59,151 nt of DNA from a virus (taxonomy: Duplodnaviria > Caudoviricetes), in IMG/VR virus record IMGVR_UViG_3300044999_000021, positions 1 through 59,151 of that record; one strand, written 5' to 3'. Both the position numbers and the translations under genes were made by a program. The notes beneath the pieces were generated by a model that did no database searches, was not told the DNA's origin, and saw only the letters and a list, made by a program, of their open reading frames with translations. Positions 26,485 through 35,058 of the stretch are shown here, piece by piece. Positions within the stretch are counted from its first letter, which is position 1, and each line of letters starts with the position of its first letter.

Positions 26485-26549
26485 AGGTGTAGAGAGTGCA
26501 ACGCGGCCCACGTCGGGCCGGGCACCAGTGGACGCAAGGGGATCGGATT

Positions 26550-26735
26550 ATGGCGACTGTAACGAAAATCGACTACGCGAAGCCAATCTTGCGGAAGCAG
26601 AGTACCGACCTGGGCGAACCGGTCGCGCTGCGGAATGCGACGGACGACGAGATCGCCGCGAGCAAGGCGAGCGAGGCGAGCGGGCAGGACGGCTATATCG
26701 ACGTGGACGGCGTGACGTGCTACGTCGAGGACTGA
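26550..26735 (+). CDS. Hypothetical protein, 61 aa
   Basis: AAGGGG RBS, first gene after promoter. Confidence 0.65.
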   Translation: MATVTKIDYAKPILRKQSTDLGEPVALRNATDDEIAASKASEASGQDGYIDVDGVTCYVED

Positions 26736-26809
26736 CCCCCTGATGATGGCTCCGGGCGCGGGGCCGAAACGCCGCAAGGCGTCGGGGTCGCAAATGGTGG
26801 AGGTCATCC

Positions 26810-27163
26810 ATGTCGGGGAGACGGCTGGAATTGGCTGGCACGGTGAATGGCCAACTGACCGTCATCGAGCCGGTGTACATTCACGGCGTCCGCGGGTGGG
26901 TCTGCCAGTGCATCTGCGGCCGGAAGTGCGCCTACACGACCGGGGAAATACGGGGCGGAGTGAAATCGTGCGGGTGCATCCATGACGTAGGGATGCACGA
27001 GGCGAACCGACGCAACCAGCGGGGCCGATATGAGAGATACAGGCGGCTGCGTGAAGGTGGAATGACGCCGACCGAAATCGCCCGTCTCTGCGGCGTGTCG
27101 GATGCGGCGGTGCACCAGACACTCCGGTATCGCCCCAAGGCCCCGCGACTCCCAGCAGATTGA
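26810..27163 (+). CDS. Zn-binding N-terminal motif + C-terminal HTH protein, 117 aa
   Basis: GQLTVI..WVCQCICG..KSCGC motif (typical of HNH/AP2 proteins) then TPTEIARLCGVSDAAVHQ. Confidence 0.65.
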   Translation: MSGRRLELAGTVNGQLTVIEPVYIHGVRGWVCQCICGRKCAYTTGEIRGGVKSCGCIHDVGMHEANRRNQRGRYERYRRLREGGMTPTEIARLCGVSDAAVHQTLRYRPKAPRLPAD

Positions 27164-27250
27164 CCAGCCCCCGGTCGCCCCGCGTGGGGCGGCCCCTGGA
27201 CGCGGGCGACGAGAGTAGGGATCGGCCACACTACGAGGGAGGGACGGACG

Positions 27251-27622
27251 ATGCAGGACAACGAATTGGCCGGCGACAACGACTCGCAGGACTGGTGCGA
27301 ATGCGACGGCTGCGGCGCCAGGATCGCGGAGCCGGGGCATCCAGACCTGATCGTGATCGACGACCAGCGGCTGTGCCCGGCCTGCGCGGTCGGCCCGTCG
27401 TGCATCGTCTGCCGACGGCGGATGACCGCCGCCGAATTCGAGGCCGAGCGCGTGGCCCTGGGGCTGCCGCTGGGCTGCCCGCCCGTGTGCCAGTTGGACT
27501 GCCTCTATGCGGCCGAGCGGATGGCGGACGACCACCCGGACCTGGCGGCGGCGAGGGCGGCGCTGCTCGCTCACGGCGTCGATCTGGCCGCTCTGACTAC
27601 CAGGCCGATGGTCGCGTGGTGA
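27251..27622 (+). CDS. Cys-rich hypothetical protein, 123 aa
   Basis: CDGC, CPAC, CIVC, CQLDC motifs; RBS present. Confidence 0.55.
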   Translation: MQDNELAGDNDSQDWCECDGCGARIAEPGHPDLIVIDDQRLCPACAVGPSCIVCRRRMTAAEFEAERVALGLPLGCPPVCQLDCLYAAERMADDHPDLAAARAALLAHGVDLAALTTRPMVAW

Positions 27623-27642
27623 CACTCACGGAGACACGACTC

Positions 27643-27849
27643 ATGACAGTGCCGACGACCTTGGAAGCCCGGTGCGATTCGGATCAGTCCATCTATGTCG
27701 CCTGGATCGACACCCAATCGATCTACAGCGAGGACGGCGGCAAATCGTGGGTGAATTACGACGGCAAGGCGCCACCGCCGGAATTCTCCGGCGCGACGAT
27801 CCGCATGGCCGACGGGCCGAATGAGGGAGAGACGACGACGCTCCCTTGA
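27643..27849 (+). CDS. Hypothetical protein, 68 aa
   Basis: GGAG RBS. Confidence 0.55.
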   Translation: MTVPTTLEARCDSDQSIYVAWIDTQSIYSEDGGKSWVNYDGKAPPPEFSGATIRMADGPNEGETTTLP

Positions 27850-27883
27850 CACCGGCCGCTTAGCTGCACCGAGGAGAACTGCG

Positions 27884-28111
27884 ATGCCGGTCAGGCAGGA
27901 GCGATCTGAGGACGGCCGGTACGACTACGGCGACATGGATCGCGTCTGCGTCTGCGGCCATACGCTCGGGGATCATGCCGGCGGGCCGAATCCGAAACGG
28001 TGCCTCGCGCATGCCAACGGCAGTGTCCCCAGGACCGATGCGGACCCGGACTGCCAGTGCGAGAAGTTCCGGCCAAAGCGGACAAAAGCGAAGCGACGAA
28101 ATAATTCCTGA
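27884..28111 (+). CDS. Small Cys/His protein, 75 aa
   Basis: CVCGHTLGDH...C...CQCEKF; GAGGAG RBS. Confidence 0.65.
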   Translation: MPVRQERSEDGRYDYGDMDRVCVCGHTLGDHAGGPNPKRCLAHANGSVPRTDADPDCQCEKFRPKRTKAKRRNNS

Positions 28112-28131
28112 CGCCGAACTGGGAGACGACA

Positions 28132-28362
28132 ATGACGACGCGACAAATGATCGACGCGATTCAACCGCAGACTGAGCAAGCATTCCGCCGCGGCGCAGCC
28201 ACTCTGACCGTGGCCCGCGACGAATACCGGTGTCTGCGATTCCGCCAAGGCGGCAAATACGAGGACTGGTACGAGACGACGGCTGACGCTCTGGTCCGGC
28301 AAATGGAATCCAAGGCTACCGAGCTTGGGGCGTGGGAGCCAGAACTAGCCGCCGCGAAATAA
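28132..28362 (+). CDS. Hypothetical protein, 76 aa
   Basis: GGGAG RBS. Confidence 0.6.
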   Translation: MTTRQMIDAIQPQTEQAFRRGAATLTVARDEYRCLRFRQGGKYEDWYETTADALVRQMESKATELGAWEPELAAAK

Positions 28363-28376
28363 TTCCGCAACGGCCC

Positions 28377-28405
28377 TTGCAACCTCGATTGCGGGCCGGT
28401 AGAGT
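28377..28405 (+). promoter_or_regulatory. Sigma70-like promoter
   Basis: TTGCAA-17bp-TAGAGT. Confidence 0.6.
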
Positions 28406-28410
28406 GTGAC

Positions 28411-28511
28411 GCAGACGAAAGCCCCGCGAAGGCCCAAGACACGAAAACTTGCCGTCGCCCCATCGGAGACATCTCCTCAACCTTCGCGGGCTTGAGGGGC
28501 GACGGCATTTT
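28411..28511 (+). ncRNA. Candidate ~100-nt structured RNA next to attP
   Basis: 12-bp stem 28450-61/28496-507 followed by TTTT; loop 28481-90 perfectly complementary to 28423-32. Confidence 0.45.
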
Positions 28512-28582
28512 GCGCACGGTGACGACGATGACCCACAATGACGCATATTCCGAAAAGGGTTGGAGTCAAAACGACCTTCGCG

Positions 28583-28624
28583 CTCACACGGTAGGGGTCA
28601 CTGGTTCGAGTCCAGTAGCGCCCA
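28583..28624 (+). mobile_element. attP core: 3' half of tRNA-Val(CAC)
   Basis: CT-CAC-AC loop, GGTAG, GGGTC, T-arm ACTGG-TTCGAGT-CCAGT, acceptor AGCGCCC-A; no 5' half; ends 2 nt from integrase stop. Confidence 0.85.
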
Positions 28625-28626
28625 GT

Positions 28627-29601
28627 TCACTTCTTCGGCACTCCCAATTCGGCCGCGGCGCGCATCGCGTCGATAGCACCTTCCGACCGGTGCCAATAAA
28701 ATCGTTCGGTCACGGCCGTTGTGCTGTGGCCGGCTTGCTCGGCAACGAGCTTGATCGGTGCGCCGGCCTCAATCATCGCGGACAGGGCACGGTGACGAAC
28801 GCCGTGGAGGCTGGCCTTCACGTCGATACCGTGCCGTTTCTTGAGTCTGCGAAGCTGGTAGGACAGGACGCCGGGACGCCACGGGCCGCCGCGGGTGTTC
28901 CGGAAGATGAAATTTGTCGGTGCGATCATCCCAAGGCTTGGCACTACCGGCGCAAGGGAATCTGTTTGGTCCGTGGCTGCCAATGCCCCGAGTATTGCGC
29001 GAAGAACAGCAACCGCTTCGGTGACCAACGCGACCACCTTCGGCCGGCCGGTGAATCGCCGGCTCTTATGTCTTTCGATAGTCCAAATTCCCCGCTCCAA
29101 ATCCATATCGCCCCACGTTGCCTGACACAATTCCCCCGTCCGGCAGCCGGTCAGCCGAAGGAATCGCAACACTGCCTCGAATTGCTTGCTCGACACCCGC
29201 TCAAGCTGAGCCAGGGCGTCGTCGGGCATTTCTGCTCGCCGCTCATGTTCGGCGTATTGGACGTTCACGAAGGGGTTGCGGGCGATCCTCTCCTGACGGA
29301 ACGCCCAGTTGAAGGCCGCGCGGATGCCGTTGGCTTTTGCTCGGCGAGTGCTGATGGACCGCCACTCAGGATGGGCTTCAACGAAGTCCGTCAAGTGGAA
29401 CGGCTTCAAGTCGGCGACGACCACGCCACCACAAGCGGCGACGAACAGGCCAAAAGTGTATTCGCGGTCGGCTTTGGCAGCCGGACCGTGGACGCCCTCG
29501 GCGGCGCAATGACGCCGGTACAAGGCCACGACGTCCTTGACGGTCAACTGTGGTACGCGCCCCGTGTCCTGGTCGGGACGGAACAAACGAAGTGTGGCCA
29601 A
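28627..29601 (-). CDS. int: Tyrosine integrase, 324 aa
   Basis: TGCRTGE (R), HKS (K), HGVRH (HxxR), AGHS (H), RFYWH (Y). Confidence 0.92.
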   Translation of the reverse strand: MATLRLFRPDQDTGRVPQLTVKDVVALYRRHCAAEGVHGPAAKADREYTFGLFVAACGGVVVADLKPFHLTDFVEAHPEWRSISTRRAKANGIRAAFNWAFRQERIARNPFVNVQYAEHERRAEMPDDALAQLERVSSKQFEAVLRFLRLTGCRTGELCQATWGDMDLERGIWTIERHKSRRFTGRPKVVALVTEAVAVLRAILGALAATDQTDSLAPVVPSLGMIAPTNFIFRNTRGGPWRPGVLSYQLRRLKKRHGIDVKASLHGVRHRALSAMIEAGAPIKLVAEQAGHSTTAVTERFYWHRSEGAIDAMRAAAELGVPKK

Positions 29602-29875
29602 CGGGGAGAGCCTCGGCCAACAAGCACGGAGGCTTTTTCGCCCGTCACCGGTGCGTTGCCGGTGGCGGGCTTTCCCAACCTCCGGAATCGAATCGTTTTT
29701 ATCAACCCGCCATCCTCGCGCGCGGAATCCTGGCTGTCCATTCCGAACAGTTTGGATTGTGAAGATTTTGCCGATTATGAGGGCGAAAGACGCCAGCTGA
29801 AACGGACCAACCCCCAGCCGGCTGCGTTCGCGCGGATGCGGCCGGCTCCCCTCTCACCCTGAAAGGAACACGACG

Positions 29876-30487
29876 ATGGCCAAAACATGGATCGAAGGCG
29901 CGAACGGCAACCGCTGCTCCGTGGAGCTTTTCGGCAGCGAATTACTCGCGCGGGAAGCCCTCGAAACACTCATTAACTGCTCGCGCTGCTCGGACTGCTC
30001 GGGCTGCTCGCGCTGCTCGGACTGCTCGGGCTGCTCGGACTGCTCGGACTGCTCGGGCTGCTCGGACTGCTCGCGCTGCTCGGACTGCTCGGGCTGCTCG
30101 GGCTGCTCGGACTGCTCGGACTGCTCGGACTGCTCGGGCTGCTCGCGCTGCTCGGGCTGCTCGGGCTGCTCGGGCATGGCTCCTGTCAAAATCAACCGCG
30201 AAATCCCCGTCATCCCGGACATCCACAAGCGGCTCCTGGAAGCCGTCACCGCCCCGCAGCACAAGCTGAGCATGAGCGATTGGCACACCTGCGAAACGAC
30301 GCATTGCCGCGCCGGGTGGGTGGTTCATCTGGCCGGGAAGGCCGGGTACGAACTCGAAAAGCAAACTTCGGCCTTGTTCGCCGCCCAGCAAATCTACAAG
30401 GCCAGCGGCTATGAGATTTCGCCGGTCCGATTCTTTGACGACAACGAGGCGGCGATGGCCGACATGAAGCGGCTCGCCGGCGCTTGA
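29876..30487 (+). CDS. (Cys-Ser-X)22 repeat protein with C-terminal WHTCETTHCRAGW domain, 203 aa
   Basis: AAGGA RBS; translation. Confidence 0.8.
   Translation: MAKTWIEGANGNRCSVELFGSELLAREALETLINCSRCSDCSGCSRCSDCSGCSDCSDCSGCSDCSRCSDCSGCSGCSDCSDCSDCSGCSRCSGCSGCSGMAPVKINREIPVIPDIHKRLLEAVTAPQHKLSMSDWHTCETTHCRAGWVVHLAGKAGYELEKQTSALFAAQQIYKASGYEISPVRFFDDNEAAMADMKRLAGA
29978..30175 (+). repeat. 22 tandem 9-bp units TGCTCG(GAC/GGC/CGC)
   Basis: Directly visible; in frame, encoding CSD/CSG/CSR. Confidence 0.95.
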
Positions 30488-30535
30488 CGCTGCGGACATT
30501 GTTAGCCCAACCCCGGACCGCGAAAGGACAGAGAC

Positions 30536-31009
30536 ATGACAACCGACGATGACTGCGACGCGACCTACTTCCTGCAAATCCAATTCGGCACCGAGTGGTA
30601 CAGCGTCGGTGTTTACCCGACGCGCGACGACGCCCATTGGGCTGCGGCCCAATGGCGGATGCGGTTCGGACGCCCCCAGCATGAGGGCGATCCATTTAGG
30701 GTCACAGAGGACGCTTGCCATCCGGTGGGCGAGAAGGACGACAAGACCCGGCCGCCGGTCCGCGAGCCGGAAGCCGACGAGTCGGAAACTCTTACCGACA
30801 AGGAAATGCTAACGGCGTGCAAACTGGCCGTTGCGGTTGTGGAGCGAGCCGACCCAACCGTGTCCGAGATCATGGCTGAGGCCCGCCAGAGCGACCGCAG
30901 CGACGGGAAGCAGGACGCGATTGACGAGCAGGACGGCTATGGAGACCGCGCGGAAACGTCCATCCCCTATCCGAGCCATGCGCCGGACGGCAGCCCGATT
31001 CCCTACTGA
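30536..31009 (+). CDS. Acidic hypothetical protein, 157 aa
   Basis: AAGGA RBS. Confidence 0.6.
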   Translation: MTTDDDCDATYFLQIQFGTEWYSVGVYPTRDDAHWAAAQWRMRFGRPQHEGDPFRVTEDACHPVGEKDDKTRPPVREPEADESETLTDKEMLTACKLAVAVVERADPTVSEIMAEARQSDRSDGKQDAIDEQDGYGDRAETSIPYPSHAPDGSPIPY

Positions 31010-31023
31010 GGAGAGCGATCCCG

Positions 31024-31425
31024 ATGGACCAACCGCCAATCGACATACCCGATCATCCTGACGACGACGAACGCTGCCCCGAATGTGGCAACGTGATGAC
31101 TCAAGATTGGGAGGGCGACCCCGACGTGATCGGTGGCACCCGCGAGTTGTCGGTCTGCTCCAAATGCCCCGTCGTAATCGCTGCCGACCAGTGGCACGAA
31201 GACTTTCTGAAAGAGATTGTTCGTTCATCGGACCCGGAACTAATAGTCTCGGTTCCCGTCGCAACGCTCAAAAAACTCGCCGGCGCTTGTCACGCCGCCG
31301 CTCAATGGTACGGCGCGGGACGGGTAATGAACGAACCCGGCGCGGGGCCAATGGCCAAGGAAATGATTGACCTGCTCGGTGAAGTCGAAGACCTGATTCT
31401 CAATGCCCAAGGACGCCAGCGATGA
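31024..31425 (+). CDS. Zn-ribbon + WYGAGR..NEPGAGP domain protein, 133 aa
   Basis: CPECG...CSKC; C-terminal motif shared with 33631..33876. Confidence 0.65.
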   Translation: MDQPPIDIPDHPDDDERCPECGNVMTQDWEGDPDVIGGTRELSVCSKCPVVIAADQWHEDFLKEIVRSSDPELIVSVPVATLKKLAGACHAAAQWYGAGRVMNEPGAGPMAKEMIDLLGEVEDLILNAQGRQR

Positions 31426-31583
31426 AACGTAAACCGCGCCGACCGCTTTCGGAGGAACTGGCTTTCATCCTCTGGCTCGGCGACAAGTTGCGAAAGTGCG
31501 GTCCAGCCGGGCAGCGGATCGCTGGTGACATTCTGACGTACCTATTAGCGCACGGAAACCTGCCGAGGGAGGACCACCCATGA
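31422..31583 (+). CDS. Hypothetical protein, 53 aa
   Basis: ATGA overlaps on both sides. Confidence 0.5.
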   Translation: MKRKPRRPLSEELAFILWLGDKLRKCGPAGQRIAGDILTYLLAHGNLPREDHP

Positions 31584-31906
31584 CCCGCACCCGCAAATGG
31601 TCCCGCGTCCCCGGCACCACGGTCATCGATTACGACTCCGGGGAGGAGTGTACCCCGCTCTGCTTCCGTGACTTGGACGTCCAAGGACTGGTGATCGAGT
31701 GGGAGTCCAGCGGCGAATACGATCCCGGCCGGCGATGGGGCGATCCGCCTGAACCACCGGAAGGCTGGGAGGAGCGCCGCATCACCACGATGACGGCCGT
31801 GTTCCGCGGCGGCGCGACGATGACGCCCAGCAAGGCCGACCGCGAAGAACTGGAATCGATGTATCAGGGGCGGATCGACCACCAGGAGTTTGACCCGACG
31901 GACTGA
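31580..31906 (+). CDS. Acidic hypothetical protein, 108 aa
   Basis: GGAGG RBS; YDPGRRWGDPPEPPEG motif. Confidence 0.65.
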   Translation: MTRTRKWSRVPGTTVIDYDSGEECTPLCFRDLDVQGLVIEWESSGEYDPGRRWGDPPEPPEGWEERRITTMTAVFRGGATMTPSKADREELESMYQGRIDHQEFDPTD

Positions 31907-32186
31907 ATCAGGCCCACGGGAGCGCATCCCCGTGTGGCCGGCCGGTGGAGCGCGGGTGGCCGGACCAACCCGCAGCGGCCTGAAAAGCCGCCACTCCACC
32001 GGTTTTTACCACCTACGCAACCAGAACCCCGCTGACGGAGCGGGCCGTGTGCGAGTCGCGGGTCGGTGGCTTGACCCTGAACGCCTTACCGGAGCTAACG
32101 ACGATGACTGCGACCGACGGCGTAGAGAGGATCATTCCCTCTCGGTCGCACTGATTCAACCATCACTCCCTAACCGGAGGCATTCC

Positions 32187-33131
32187 ATGCCAGCAGTTGC
32201 AGACGCACCAAGACGACGGGTCGCAAAAGCGGAACCAGCACCCGAACGCATCATCGCGCTCGTCGCCGGCGAGTCGGGCACGGGGAAATCCTTCTTCGTC
32301 GCCTCGCTCCCCAACGCCCTCATCATCGACACCGACATCGGCGGCGGTCTGCGCTACGCCGACCGCATGATTGAGGCCAACCAGTCCCAGCGCGTCGGGC
32401 CAGGGGTCGCGGACCCGGACTTCGACATCACGATCAGCGAATACCCAGAACTGCTCGACTTCCTCACACGGATGGACCGGACGCATCAGATCGACAAGTA
32501 CACGACGCTCGTCATCGACCATCTCACGACGCTCCAGGACAACGCCGTGGACCGGCACAATCCGAAGATGGACCGCGACTTCGGTCGCTCGGGAGAAATG
32601 GGCACGAAGGAGTGGAAGAAGATTCGCGAATTCTGCCGCAACAAAGACTTCAACCTCGTCACCATCGCGCACCTGAAGGGCAAGTGGGCGCAAGACAAGG
32701 AAGTCGGCAAACAGGCCGCCGGACCCAAGGAAGTCATCGGCGACATGGACATCGCCGTTTACCTCCAGCGCAACGCCTCGGGCGGCTATCCGTCGAATGG
32801 TCAAGTCGTGAAGTGGCGGCGGCTCCCGTCCGACGAACGCGGACCGGTGCCGAGCATGTTCCCGTTCACGTTCGACAATTTCCTCAAGATCGACGGAACG
32901 AATGCCTTCACCCGCGGCCGTGAGCCGGTGGCACTCGCCAGCGCCGAGCAAGTCGCCGAAGTCACAAAGTTGTTGGAAGTGGCCAAGGTGGACGAGAAGG
33001 AAATTACCAAGTGGTTCAAAGCGGCTGGAGCCGAGTCATGGGCCGAGTTTCCGGCTCCCCGAATTGACAGCGCCATCAAGTACATCCGCAATCTCATTCA
33101 CACGGCCGCGAACGGCCAGAAAGCGAGCTAG
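32187..33131 (+). CDS. AAA/RecA-fold ATPase, Sak4-like single-strand annealing protein, 314 aa
   Basis: GESGTGKS Walker A, TLVIDHLT Walker B, VTIAH; adjacent to SSB-like gene. Confidence 0.75.
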   Translation: MPAVADAPRRRVAKAEPAPERIIALVAGESGTGKSFFVASLPNALIIDTDIGGGLRYADRMIEANQSQRVGPGVADPDFDITISEYPELLDFLTRMDRTHQIDKYTTLVIDHLTTLQDNAVDRHNPKMDRDFGRSGEMGTKEWKKIREFCRNKDFNLVTIAHLKGKWAQDKEVGKQAAGPKEVIGDMDIAVYLQRNASGGYPSNGQVVKWRRLPSDERGPVPSMFPFTFDNFLKIDGTNAFTRGREPVALASAEQVAEVTKLLEVAKVDEKEITKWFKAAGAESWAEFPAPRIDSAIKYIRNLIHTAANGQKAS

Positions 33132-33133
33132 TC

Positions 33134-33574
33134 ATGGCTTGGGATTACGATCCGAAAGAAGCCGTCCAAGTCCTGCCTGAGGGCGAGTATGACGGCGAAC
33201 TGACCACCGTAGAGGAAAAGGTCAGCGCCAAGGGAAACCCCATGCTGGTCCTGACGTGGGCCGTCACAATGCCCGACCGAGTTCACCGCATCCTCGAATA
33301 CGTCGTGCGCCCGTCGGGAATCTGGAAGTACAAGATGATCGCCGTCGCTCTCGGGGAGGAACGAGCATTCGACCATAACACTTTCGACATTCACCAGCAT
33401 GTCGGGAAGTTTTGCCGGCTCGCGGTCGGCATCCAGAAGCAGGACAACTACCCCGAGAAAAACGTCATCGGTCAATATGATGCGGCCAGTTTCGATCCGG
33501 GCAATGAACCAATTCCAGTGGCGGGGCGCGAAGCCGCGTTCGACGCCAGCGGCAACTCGGATATCCCGTTCTGA
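33134..33574 (+). CDS. DUF669-like single-stranded DNA-binding protein, 146 aa
   Basis: LPEGEY, SAKGNPMLVLTW, acidic C-terminal DIPF. Confidence 0.75.
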   Translation: MAWDYDPKEAVQVLPEGEYDGELTTVEEKVSAKGNPMLVLTWAVTMPDRVHRILEYVVRPSGIWKYKMIAVALGEERAFDHNTFDIHQHVGKFCRLAVGIQKQDNYPEKNVIGQYDAASFDPGNEPIPVAGREAAFDASGNSDIPF

Positions 33575-33630
33575 TTAATCGCTGGGGTCGAGGCGAATTG
33601 GTTCGCCCCGACCCCAGCCCTGGAGGTTGC

Positions 33631-33876
33631 GTGATGGACGACCCCTGCCGAAATTGCGGACTGTTTCACGTCTGCGCCGATCCATGCCTAAACGCCGCGC
33701 CCGGCCCGACGGTCGCCGTGCCGGTGGACGTGATCCGCTCATGCATCCAGGCCGCCAAAGCCGCCGCCTTCTGGTACGGCGCTGGCCGTGGCCTGAACGA
33801 ACCGGGAGCCGGCCCCAATGCCGCCGCAATGGTGCGACTGCGGGCCGGCCTTGAAACGCTCTTGCTGACCCTCTGA
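33631..33876 (+). CDS. Small protein with WYGAGR..NEPGAGP motif, 81 aa
   Basis: GGAGG RBS; paralogous to the C-terminus of 31024..31425. Confidence 0.6.
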   Translation: MMDDPCRNCGLFHVCADPCLNAAPGPTVAVPVDVIRSCIQAAKAAAFWYGAGRGLNEPGAGPNAAAMVRLRAGLETLLLTL

Positions 33877-33895
33877 TACACAAGGAGCCGACCCA

Positions 33896-34150
33896 ATGGC
33901 ATGCCCGACATGCGGAAACGAAAAGATGCACAACGTCGCGGCTCCTGTGGCCGACGTTCGCTAGTGTCCTGTCTGCGGAACGGTTCTGCAAATGGATGGT
34001 GAAATCGTGTTTCATGGCGACACTACCGAGTTGGTTGAGCGATGTCGCCACTTCCAGGCCGAATCGAATCGTTATCCGGCTGACCACAAGACGGACATTT
34101 GGCACCGGCTGCGCATGCCCGAAGCAATTAACCTGCCCGCCGCCCGCTGA
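33896..34150 (+). pseudogene. Zn-ribbon gene interrupted by an in-frame TAG (33962-33964)
   Basis: AAGGAG RBS; MACPTCG...DVR*CPVCGT...; frame stays open 61 more codons. Confidence 0.65.
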
Positions 34151-34211
34151 CGATTTGAGCCGCAAGCCCCAGCGGCACGGATTGAGTCAATGCCCCCACG
34201 GGCAATGGAGG

Positions 34212-35057
34212 ATGACACCCGAGATGAAGCCGCACCCGTTCGCCGAAGAATACCCGTCCGTCTCGGCTGAGAAGCTGACCGAGATTACGGACAACATGCG
34301 CGAGCATGGATACGACCGCCGCTTTCCAACGGTGGTCTATCGCAACATGATTCTGGACGGCCGCACCCGCGAGAAGGCGGCGAAGGCGGCGGGGATTAAA
34401 CCGAAGCGCATCACGTTCAAGGGGACCGTTGACCAGGCCCACCAATTCGTTGAGACGGCCAACCTCCATCGGCGGCATCTAACGACGACTGAGCAAGAGG
34501 AACGGAAGCAAGCCCGCGTCGGCCGGGTTGTCGAAGCGCGGCAGGAAGGCCAGAGCATTCGCGCTATTGCCGAGGCCGAGGAAGTCAGCACGGCGACGGT
34601 TCAACGCGACTTGGAAACCGCGCACTGTGACGGGGGGGTCACAGTGACACCCTTGGACGGCAAGGTCACCGGCAAGGATGGCCGCCAGCAGCCCGCCACG
34701 AAGCCCGATCGCCGCTGTCACAACTGCATCCGCAAATACCCCGACGGCGGACATACGAAGGGCTGCGAAGGCTGCGCTGCTGAGCGGTCGGCGGCCAAAT
34801 CTGGGCGCACCGAACCCGGCACTCACACGCCCCGCCCGTCGTCCGGCAAAGGCCAGGGCGGCAAGGCCGCTTTCGACTGGCGACCGCTCCGCGACGGCTA
34901 CGGCCAACTCATGCGGCAGGTGGACACATTCGCCAAACTCTATGGCGTGAGAGACTCCGGCGAAGCCGAACGGCTCCGCGACGATTTGGTTGCATGGAAA
35001 AAGAAGTTCGAGGAATGGGCCGCCACAACTTCAAGGATGCCGGTACCGGCGCACTGA
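34212..35057 (+). CDS. ParB-like domain + HTH + Cys cluster protein, 281 aa
   Basis: HPFAEEYP, ILDGRTR, ANLHRRHLT, SIRAIAEAEEVSTATVQRDL. Confidence 0.75.
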   Translation: MTPEMKPHPFAEEYPSVSAEKLTEITDNMREHGYDRRFPTVVYRNMILDGRTREKAAKAAGIKPKRITFKGTVDQAHQFVETANLHRRHLTTTEQEERKQARVGRVVEARQEGQSIRAIAEAEEVSTATVQRDLETAHCDGGVTVTPLDGKVTGKDGRQQPATKPDRRCHNCIRKYPDGGHTKGCEGCAAERSAAKSGRTEPGTHTPRPSSGKGQGGKAAFDWRPLRDGYGQLMRQVDTFAKLYGVRDSGEAERLRDDLVAWKKKFEEWAATTSRMPVPAH

Positions 35058-35058
35058 C

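Noticed and set aside
28560-28624. Complete tRNA gene
   Set aside because: No D-arm or 5' acceptor/anticodon strands; only the 3' half next to int, i.e. attP
29978-30175. CRISPR array
   Set aside because: 9-bp units without spacers, in-frame coding, no cas genes
33962-33964. Genome-wide TAG (or TGA) recoding
   Set aside because: Many well-supported genes end in TAG or TGA with tight coupling to the next gene; no suppressor tRNA
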